Part shown: one piece after another, positions 12,448-22,710 of the stretch | How positions within the stretch are numbered: position 1 is the first letter of the stretch | Layout: every line of letters starts with the position of its first letter | Source: Octopus vulgaris | Lineage: Eukaryota | Assembly (NCBI GenBank): GCA_951406725.2 | Contig: OX597833.1 | Coordinates: 22,320,001-22,384,000 of the forward strand | Reading direction: 5' to 3' | DNA: 64,000 bases | Translations under genes and position numbers: made by a program | The notes under the pieces: model-generated | The model's database searches: none | Seen by the model: the letters and a program-made list of their open reading frames with translations, nothing else | Told to the model about the DNA's origin: nothing

Positions 12448-13195
12448 ATTCTTTCTTTCTTACCTGTCTGTGTTTGCCTTTCAAGTGCTGTGTTTTTACT
12501 GAGATCCCCCTTTTAGTAGAAGGAATAGCTATATCTCTTTGACTGCTATTTCTAAATTCGGTGTGTTGGTGAGGCAATTCGTTGCTAAACCCTTAATTAC
12601 TTAGTATTACTTAAATTTTCCTCGAATGGGGCTTTTACATGCCGAAATCTACTTGGTGTAATTGATAATTATCCCTAATTAATTAATTTCACCCTTTATT
12701 ATTACTGATAACCATATTTTATCCCAGTAAATGACCGCAGCATTTTGTCTTGGCTACACGCGGGTGGAAGGGGGCTGGTGACACAAACTTTCATTCAAAC
12801 TTTGAATTTCGTGGTACTGGTCATGCTTTGGCTCGCTCTGACACTGAGTTGAGATGATGCATTCTAGTATCTCAAAATTTAATATACAATTATTCATAAT
12901 TGTCGTATCCTGCGCCGATGAGAGAAGAAGTTTGGGTAAAGTAGAATTTTCTAATTCTTATGCTATCCTAAAACTTGATCTCGAAACGTACGTCCGTAGG
13001 TAACTTAAAATTGCATGATAGATTGCCGTCATTTCATTCTTTCTTTCTTACCTGTCTGTGTTTGCCTTTCAAGTGCTGTGTTTTTACTGAGATCCCCCTT
13101 TTAGTAGAAGGAATAGCTATATCTCTTTGACTGCTATTTCTAAATTCGGTGTGTTGGTGAGGCAATTCGTTGCTAAACCCTTAATTACTTAGTAT
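12448..13195 (+). mobile_element. Non-autonomous Penelope-like or retrozyme-like element with 160-bp terminal direct repeat
   Basis: 12448-12607 is identical by eye to 13036-13195 (period 588). It contains the hammerhead, has no ORF, and sits inside a TA/TACA microsatellite. Confidence 0.75.
12909..13000 (+). ncRNA. Type I hammerhead ribozyme (variant CCGAUGA core, long stem II)
   Basis: Stem I CCUGCG (12909-14) pairs with CGUAGG (12995-13000). Core CCGAUGA at 12915-21. Stem II is GAGA...UCUC with further internal pairing. GAAA at 12983-86. Stem III is AC-GUAC-GU with a palindromic loop, and the GUC cleavage triplet ends at 12994. Confidence 0.82.
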
Positions 13196-13279
13196 ACATA
13201 CATATATATATACATACATATATATATATACATACATATATATATATACATACATATATATATATACATACATATATAC

Positions 13280-13359
<80 letters not shown>

Positions 13360-13455
13360 ACATACATATATATATACATATATATATACATACATATATA
13401 TATACATACATATATATACAACATACATACATATACATACATACATATATATATA

Positions 13456-13487
<32 letters not shown>

Positions 13488-13536
13488 CATACATATACAT
13501 ACATACATATACATACATATACATACATACATATAC

Positions 13537-13584
<48 letters not shown>

Positions 13585-13591
13585 ACATACA

Positions 13592-13625
<34 letters not shown>

Positions 13626-13677
13626 CATACATATATATATACATACATATATATATATACATATATATATACATATA

Positions 13678-13718
<41 letters not shown>

Positions 13719-13939
13719 ATACATACATATATATATATACATACATATATATATATACATACATATATATATATATATACATACATACATATATATATAC
13801 ATATATATATATATATACATACATACATATATATATACATACATACATATATATATACATACATATATATATACATACATATATATATACATACATATAT
13901 ATATACATACATACATATATATATACATACATACATATA

Positions 13940-13973
<34 letters not shown>

Positions 13974-14142
13974 CATACATACATATATACATACATATAT
14001 ATATACATACATATATATATACATACATATATATATACATACATACATATATATATACATACATACATATATATATACATACATACATATATACATACAT
14101 ACATACATATATACATACATACATATATACATACATACATAT

Positions 14143-14203
<61 letters not shown>

Positions 14204-14207
14204 TACA
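13196..14207. repeat. About 1-kb compound (TA)n/(TACA)n microsatellite
   Basis: Directly visible; source of three spurious 339-366 aa ORFs. Confidence 0.98.
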
Positions 14208-15572
14208 TGTGTGTAGATGTAGGTGTGGGGTAAGAAGTTTGTTTACCAACCAGAGGGTTCTGGGCTCAGTCCCACTATGTGGCACATTGGGCTAGTGTCT
14301 TCTACTTTAGAACCAGGTCAAGCAAAGCCTAGTGATTAGATTTGGAAGTCGGAAACTGAAAGTTGTCCATTGTGTGTGTGCTCATGTGTATTACTGTTTT
14401 CTTCTTTTAACACTGTATGACTGTTGGAAACAAGTGTCATCATTATGCAAGCAGTGTCCTTCCTTTCCAATATTCTGTGATAACATGTCTGGCCATGGGG
14501 GAAAATTACTTTACTTGGAAACATGAGAAGGTTCACAACAGGAAGAGCATCCACCCATAGAAAATCTGCCTCAACAAATTCCATCCAGCCCATGCAAGCA
14601 TGAAAACGTGGATGTTAAAACAATGTAATGGTTTGGTTTTAGCCTCTGGTGAGTCCTAGCTGTGCTCAACCATTCTTTACAATAAGACATGTATCCTAAG
14701 CTTTAAGATTTAGAATAAATGAAATGTTATAAACAATAGTGAAGAATTTATTAAGACTTTTGAATGTTGAATGTAAGCCAGTATTATATAAGCTCAATAC
14801 TTCAGGACAATAAAAACTGATAGACCTGCAAAAGTTGTTTTTCCTTGGAAGCAAATCATAATATAACCAAACAATAGGAATTTTTTACATGGGTAAATAA
14901 AATTGTAAATCTTCTGGTTGAAATATAGCCAACCAACTCATCGCCATTGGCCTCAGCAGAATAAAAGAAAAAAGATGACCCTGGTAAGACTCATTGAAAT
15001 TTGAACTCAGAAACAGATAACCGAAACTAAATACTGTAAGACATTTTGATGTTTTCTGCCAATTTCAGTAACTTAAAAGGTTGGAGGGAAAGTTAACATG
15101 CATTTTTACATTAAAAAAAAAACAAAAAAACTTTATTAAACCTTTAAATTGTACATTGTATCAAATTGAAATCCCGTGATTTATATATTTTTTACTGGTT
15201 TCAGTCAATAGATTGTGGTCATGCTGGAGCAGCACCGTTCAAGGGTTTCAGTAAATTATATTGATCGCAATACTTAGTACTGTACTTACTTTTCTCAATT
15301 TCTATTTTCTGAATAACCGAGTTCACTTTGAGTTATGTTCCTTTGCCGATTTATCTCCCCTCACCAAATAGTTACTCTCTTTTCTCTCTTTTACTTGTTT
15401 CAGTCATTTGACTGTAGCCATGCTGGAGCACCACCTTTAGTCAAGCAAATCGACCCCAAAACTTATTCTTTGGAAGCCTAGTACTTATTCAATCAGTCTT
15501 TTTTGCCGAACTACTAAGTTATGGGGACATAAATACCCCAGCATCGATTATCAAGCGATGTTGGGGGGACAA

Positions 15573-15605
<33 letters not shown>

Positions 15606-17025
15606 CATATATACGACGGGCTTCTTTCAGTTTCTATCTACCAAATCCACTCACAAGGTTTTGGTCAGCCCGAGGCTATAGTAGAAGACACTTGCCTAAG
15701 GTGCCACACAGTGGGACTGAACTTACCACACAGCCACTCCTGCGCCTAAGGATTTCCACTGACACAAACACACACATACAAGATAGACAATCCATTATTC
15801 AGTGACACACTTGAATAGTAAACAAGTTCAGTTTAGTATGCTAAGACGTTTCTGATCCTCTGGATTGACCTAGCAAATACACATGCATCTGCTGATTATG
15901 CAAAGCTTTGGATTTTTTTTTTATACATTCAATTATGTATGAAAGAACTTTTAATGCAGTACTTGGTTTTTATAGCATATAAGTGACCAAGTTCACAACA
16001 TTCCTTCTGGAAGGATGCCAGTCCATTTCTGAGTTCAAGGTGAGCAGTTTTGGGGGTAGAGGACAAGTTGAGTATATAGACCTCAGTACTTGACTGGGAC
16101 TTTATTTTATTGACCTCGAAAGGATGAAAGGTAAAGTTGACCTCAGCAAGATTTGAACTCAACATAAAGAGTTGGAAGAAATGTCCCTAAGCATTTTGTC
16201 CTACATGCTAACAATTCTACCAACTTGGCACTTTGTTCATGCAATTTATTACCATATCATGATCAACTGGTAAGTACTGGGGTCAGGTAACTTGAGTGGA
16301 TATACCATTATGTCCCTCTGTTTCGTAGAAATAGCAGAAAGATTGAGCATTTTACTCTTAGCTATGATATTTAGTCTTTAATTTGATGGAGATTGATGTC
16401 AGTGGGCAGTTTAGCTTAATGGTAGAGTATTTAGCTGTTCATGTCCCATGGCTATCTACTGATAATTTTTCTCTATCTTATAGGAGCATAACACAAGTAT
16501 TTTTTTATACATCCCCAGTTAAAATAATAACCTCATTGAAACAAATTAGCATGTTTTACAACATTAAATCCCCAAATACAATGATTAAATGACACCTTTT
16601 ACTGTCATCAATATGAACTGGAAGATGCAGATGGAACTAAAGAAAATCCTCCTGTTCACAGGCCATATTGCAATAATGAAGCAATACTCTAACCCAGTGT
16701 CATGACCTAACAGAATAAAACATTTCGATTGTAAAATTAACAGTATCTTCTGATACTGTTAACAAGGGATTGAATGGTGAGAGCACTGAAACAAAGTGCT
16801 TAAAATATGAGACACAAGGCTGACAGTGTACAGGTGGGATGTTGTGGGCTTGAAGTTAAATCTATGACATCACACTTGGTTGGCATTTGACTTGAGAAGA
16901 ATAACAGAAGTAGCAATTTGTAAAATACAAAGAATGCTTCATGTAGATATATAGTAGGGATATGTGAAAGAAAGACTAAAGATGAGAGTGAAAAATAAAT
17001 TCCCAGTAAGAAGTAAAACAAAATA

Positions 17026-17436
17026 GTAGGAGCACTCCATCGGTTGCGACGATGAGGGTCCCAGCTGATAAGATCAACAGAACAGCTTGCTCATGATATT
17101 AACGTGCAAGTGGCTGATACAATCAACGGAACAGCTTGCTCGTGATATTAACGTGCAAGTGTACCCTTAACGTAGTTCTCGAGGAGATTCAGCATGACAC
17201 ACAGAATGTGACAAGGCTGGCCCTTTGAAATACAGGTACAAGAGAAACAGGAAGAAAGAGCGAGAGAGAGTTGTGGTGAAAGAGTACAGCAGGGTTCACC
17301 ACCACCCCCTGCCAGAGCCTCGTGGAGCTTTAGGTGTTTACGCTCAATAAACACTCACAATGCCCGGTCTGGGAATCGAAACCGCGATCCTCCGACCGCG
17401 AGTCCGCTGCCCTAACCACTGGGCCATTGCGCCTCC
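17026..17436 (-). mobile_element. Young tRNA(Arg)-like SINE with 15-bp TSD
   Basis: Head GGAGGCGCAATGGCCCAGTGGTTAGGGCAGCGGACTCGCGG...GGTTTCGATTCCC; TSD AAGTAAAACAAAATA at 17011-25 and 17437-51; CpGs retained; internal duplication of about 49 bp. Confidence 0.88.
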
Positions 17437-17707
17437 AAGTAAAACAAAATAATCATTGGATGATTGCAGAGGCCCCTGGTTTGGTAAGGTGGTCACATGT
17501 TTTACAGGATGAAAGAGCAATATATAACAATAAGGACCAAAATAATCTGGACATTCCCTTGAAGCATCAATGCAACTCGCAACTCAGTACACTTGGAAGA
17601 AGACATACTGTTGGACGGTGCCCCAAATCATTTTGGTCTCTAGTGAACAGCTAATGAAGAGAATGTCCTACAATGCAAGCTGCAAGTAAAATATATGCAA
17701 AAGTATT

Positions 17708-17748
<41 letters not shown>

Positions 17749-19244
17749 ATGTGGACTGCCTTCCTGATCTTCGTTCGTGAAGCCATGATGATGATGATAT
17801 ATATATATATATACATACCAGTTGAATTTACAATTTAAAAATAGGATAAAATCTTTATAAGCATTTATCAAGTAGTTAGTGTGAAAAACCTTATAAGGGA
17901 AAAAAATTAATTATTCCCTTCAAATATATTTATTTATATTAAGGGCATTACTATACATAAATGCCTCATGCTAGTAGAGACTCTTAAAGTCAAAACTGCC
18001 ATAATAAACACATTGTACAGTAATAGCAGACAGATTGAGCATTTTACTCTCAGCTAAGATATTTAGTTTTTAATTTGGAGATTGATGTCAGTGGGCAGTT
18101 TAGCTTAATGGTAGAGTATTCAGCTGTTCATGTCCCATGGCAGTCTGCTGACAACTTTTTTCCATCTTATAAGAGCATAATAAACAATGTGTTTATTATG
18201 GCAGTTTTGACTTTAAGAGTCCCTCCTAGCATGAGGCATTTATGTATAGTAATGCACTTAAATAATATATATATATATATATTATATAGACACATGCATG
18301 CACACAAAATTTAACTGCCTTTGTATTTCACAAATTGCTGCTTCTGTTATTCCTCTCAAGTCAAATGCTAACCAAGTGTCATCCATTGTTGCGGAATTGC
18401 TCATAGTCAATAGAAATATCCATCTTATGGTGGTTATGACTGTTGCATACCAACCATCATATACACCCCTTAACTAGTATCAAGACAGTAAAGACAGCAA
18501 AGTATGGAAGTAACTCCCCATTCTCTTTTCAAGGCCTATGAAGTAACTTGAACTTAGTACTATAAGCTAGCAGAACATCAGATCAGCCATACATCTTCCT
18601 AAGTGGTATTACAAATTAGTGGAGTGTATTCAATGTACTGCTCTAGGGCACTGTACCTAGATGCCAATAATGGTATCTAGTACACTTGTTATCTACTACA
18701 GTGAATAGTAGATGACAAGTGTACTTTGAAACTGATAAACTTTATTGCCACTCAAATAAACAATGTTTTTGTAAATTTTGAAAATGAAAAACTTGAATGG
18801 ATTTCTGAAAATAAACTTCTACATTAATTTGTAAATTAGGCTGATTTTAGAAATAATTTAGCAAAGATGTCTCACATAAAATTATGGTGGAAGCTTGAAA
18901 GATATGAAAACTAATACAAAAGAATTTGTTTTGAGTTTTGGTTGTTTTGGATCCATCCATCCATCTGTCTTCTCTGACCAGCATTCCTGGAAGGTCATGA
19001 GGGTTGTGTCCTTCATAGGATCTTATCAGAAGCAACTGTCATTAGACTTTCTGATTTGATTCTCAAAGGTGACCAACCAAAACTATGGATATTATCTTAC
19101 CTTCTCATTCTTGGTCTACCCCTAGGTCTCCTGCTAACTAAATCAAAAGAATGATATATCGAGCAAAGTTCATGTAGCAATTCTTGAATATAGAGGTTCA
19201 CTTTCATTTTATCAAACTACACCTAGTATTATTTTGCCTGGTAA

Positions 19245-19458
19245 AGGTGGGGAGCTGGCAGAATCATTAACACACTGGGCAAAATGCTTAGTGGCATTTT
19301 GTCCATCTTTATGTTCTGAAGTTCAAATTCTGCTGGAGTCACCTTTATCTTTCATCCTTTTGGGGTTGATAAAATAAGTACCAGATGATCACTGGAACTG
19401 ATGTAATCAACTTATCCCCTACCCCAAAATTGCTGGCCTTGTGCCAACATTTGAAATC
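19245..19458 (+). mobile_element. Nin-domain-like SINE with 17-bp TSD (others: 25068-25281 -, 35684-35897 -, 41904-42138 +)
   Basis: TSD ATTATTTTGCCTGGTAA at 19228-44 and 19459-75; A/B-box-like head GGCAGAATC...GAAGTTCAAATTC. Confidence 0.85.
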
Positions 19459-19646
19459 ATTATTTTGCCTGGTAACTTGGGACTAAACAAATGTATTTTT
19501 GATTTATTTTTTATTTAATTTGAAGAGAGTTAAAGCATAATCTAAGTAAAAGAAACACAAAAATGAACATGAAAAAATAATTTTATAATAACAAAAATGA
19601 AGAGCTCTTTCATTTCACTTTGAATTAAGTAAAGAAAAATTCTCAA

Positions 19647-19718
19647 TAATACATGGTGAAGTGGTTAGAATTCCTGGCTTTCACCCAGGTAACCTGAGTT
19701 TGATTTCCAGCATGAGGA
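19647..19718 (+). pseudogene. Decayed tRNA-Glu(UUC) gene
   Basis: Intact anticodon arm CCTGG-CTTTCAC-CCAGG (TTC at 19680-82), A-box-like TGGTGAAGTGG, mutated B-box GAGTTTGATTTCC, broken acceptor stem, T6 run about 10 nt downstream. Confidence 0.75.
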
Positions 19719-21599
19719 CATCATACAATTTTTTCTGGTGGGACAATTAAATTAGATATGACCTGGGCCAAAACATTATATGTATTAGTCCCAGATCACC
19801 AGCTTCCAAATACCATGAAATGATATGAGCTGCAGTTCAACAAAGTGAAAGTGGGCCCCTATATTTAGGGATTGTCCTGCATATGTGTAAACAAGCTGCT
19901 TTCCCATAAATAATTACAATCTAAATATTGGCTTAAATCAAAAGTTAATACCTACATTAGTTGGGCCTTTGCTGTCACCTTTTTTCTTTTAGTTGCGCAG
20001 TTGTCACATAAAAAAATGACTGGTTATACTGAAAACTAGGCAGAGTTCTGGTTTAAGCACCCCATAAAAACCCTCATAACTTTCCGTTTTGGGGATTTTT
20101 CAGAAATTTTTTGCAAATTTGTGTTTTGAATATAGGAATCCATACAATTATACAAAATGAAATTTTTTTTCAATGTTTTAAAATCTACCCTGTATCCCAT
20201 AAATCCCCCAAATTCTTCTTCCATTTTTTTTTTTTTCTTTTAATCAAGAATTTAAAATATGGAGAGTCCAAATTTTTTGCTTAAATCCCAGTAATGGCCC
20301 ACCTTTGGGTGCAGCATCACTCCATTAAATGTTTATGGACAGAAAAATATTGAAAAACATCAATACATGTCAGAGTGACAAAGAAATGAGAAAGACATTA
20401 GATGGTCGTGAAATGGACTAAAAACAGCAGCTGATTTGCCCTTAAATCAGTTTTTTTTTTTCTGTGCATAATCGTATGAAGTCCCGTGTGTAGAATTTTC
20501 TGAATTCTCGTGTACAAAAATTTTCTGAAAATTCCAAAAAATTAAATGGGTGGAATTCTTCTTTACACACGGTATATAACCCTCATAACTTATCATTTGG
20601 GGGGGGGCAGAAATTCTTTACGAATTTATATTCTACACATGGGAATTAACAAGACTATGAGAGGAAAATTGCTTTTAATTTTTCGAATTTTCTTATTAAA
20701 TCACAGTTTAAAATACGGACAGTCAGAATTTTTGGTTTAAATCCCAGCAATAGGCCATTTAATGCGTTTATGGGGTGAAAGATACTGAAAAACATCAACA
20801 TGTCAGAGTGAAAAACAAACGTACGAGGTGGTCATGAGATGTGCTAAAAATAACAGCTAAATAGCCCTAAATCATGCAGCAACTTTTTTTTGCGATGCGT
20901 GGTGTGCATAATGGTATGGGTTCCCATGTATAGAATACAAATACGCAAAAAATTTCTGAAAATTCCCAAAAATTCGGAATCTGAAATATTATTCCTTGCA
21001 GCGGTTTTCCACTGCTCAGAGAACGAGAGATTTTACGCTGTCGCTCGACTCGCTAGAAATAGCAGATAAATTTTCTTCACCTCGCCACCCTATCATCTTA
21101 AAACAATTTTTAAAAAAAGAACACCTTGAATAAAGTAGTGCTAGATATACTGAGTAGAAATAAAAGACCGTATGGTCTAAACATCATTGTTTTCGTGAAG
21201 TCCCATGTCAGCCCTAAGCAAGCAGACGTATGATTCGTGATATTCGAGCCGTGATCATATCGTCTTATGCTCAAAAAAGTATTCTCTGAGTTGCCATTAT
21301 CCAACTAGTTTCATTTTCAGGCAGAAAGTGTGCTTTGAGGAAGAATTGCTTACTACTTCTAACTTGTCGAGTCATCACGGAGATGTTTCCTCGTTGAAAA
21401 TTTAGTATCGATGGCAGCAAGAATTGTTAAACTACTCAGTAATTTTACCATGAAAATTTAACATTCTGTACATTGTTCACTCACTTTCTGCAGGTGTGTC
21501 GGGCAAGCAGAGCTATTGATTTTGTTCGATTAATTATTGACAAAGGCAGAAGCTTTATGAATGACAAAAAAAAATGCTTCATTAACATAAGAAAATTGA

Positions 21600-21831
21600 G
21601 GCGACCAGCTGTTGTGGACGGCCTTAACTTTTGTTTGTTTCTGATTGGTTAAGATTTCGATATAGTAGCCAATCAAAGAAAGTATTACAGTTTCAAATCA
21701 GTCACACCGCTTTCACAATCTTTCCTTTTCCGGTTAGCTTGTCGTGTTGACAACAAGAAGTCTTCCTTTGTAGATAAGTGATCGGGTCCCATCCTCAAGA
21801 ATAATTCACGCTTTCTCTCAGATCATCGGAC
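21600..21831 (+). promoter_or_regulatory. Putative SSR1 promoter and 5' UTR with opposed CCAAT boxes
   Basis: ATTGG near 21644, CCAAT at 21669, TTCCGG near 21729, within a CpG-retaining region just upstream of the ATG. Confidence 0.55.
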
Positions 21832-21907
21832 ATGGGAAGACTATTAAGAAATTTCTTTCTTTTCCTCTTATTGGTATTACCATCAACAATTAACTTCCTG
21901 AATACAG
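21832..21907 (+). CDS. SSR1: SSR1 coding exon 1 (signal peptide MGRLLRNFFLFLLLVLPSTINFLNT)
   Basis: ATG at 21832, hydrophobic signal peptide resembling human MRLLPRLLLLLLLVFPAT, strong donor CAG|GTAAGT, phase 1 matches exon 2, CCAAT boxes upstream. Confidence 0.9.
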
Positions 21908-22383
21908 GTAAGTTCTTTGATAGGAGTTTTAAGCACTAGTTTGGTATTTGTACATACGTGGCATTCTGTGTCTGGGTCGCTCTTATCACGCCGTACTGTA
22001 GCAGAAACAAATACGAAAAGGAGTTTTTTCTTCTTTTTAATGCATGTGTAAAGTAAAGAGTCCTTCACTAAAATGTTTAAAGCATAACAATAATTAGATT
22101 TTGTTTTATTATTCCATTAATTTCCTAAATGATTCATATCCTGTATTTTGCGATGTCGGCACTTTTTCTCGATGTCAACTTTGGAAGTGGTTACCGCCTT
22201 CTATATAGCAAGCATGGATCATCTCTAAATTTATCATATTTACCGACATACAATTTCTTAATTATTGATTTTCGTTGTTATTTATTAATTATATTATACG
22301 AAATACCTTTCTATAGTTTCATTTTAATCGAAATTACTGGACAAATGCCGGCCGGTTTCGATATAATAGTGTTCACAATATGT

Positions 22384-22710
22384 CTAGCAGACAGCATTAA
22401 CTTTCGACTTGTTTAAATGAATTAAATTACAGAGAAGCGTTTCCATTAAAGACGATTCAGTCTTTAATATGTTCTTCTCTGTTTTGTCTGTCGTTTTGCC
22501 ACGACCTTCACTTGGTAAACTTTTCTTTGGATCTGGATGGAAACAGAATGTGTTTAATGCCTCAGCAATCCATCCAGATATGGCAATTCCCACGAACTTT
22601 TCTGTTGGATTCGCACATCACATTGGTGTGCAATAAATATGTTGATCGGTTCTGGTTCTTATGCGAGAAAGACGATAATTTTGTAGTTTTGTTAACCACA
22701 TTTTCGGTCA
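22384..22710 (-). mobile_element. Possible ancient Tc1 transposase C-terminal fragment
   Basis: NPTEKFVGI resembles DLNPIENLWGI; ILKTESSLMETLLCNLIHLNKSK resembles a Tc1 C-terminus; heavily degraded. Confidence 0.35.

Noticed and set aside
13181-14285. Three 339-366 aa minus-strand ORFs
   Set aside because: Translations of a stop-free TA/TACA microsatellite (Y/I/M/C/V repeats).
17360-17436. Functional tRNA-Arg gene
   Set aside because: It is the head of a SINE bounded by a 15-bp TSD and lacks a proper acceptor stem.
19095-19140. Apparent minus-strand exon with a strong GTAAGA donor
   Set aside because: Encodes RRPRGRPRMR, the usual RTE ORF end, with a (GGAT)n tail near 18950; best explained as a LINE remnant.
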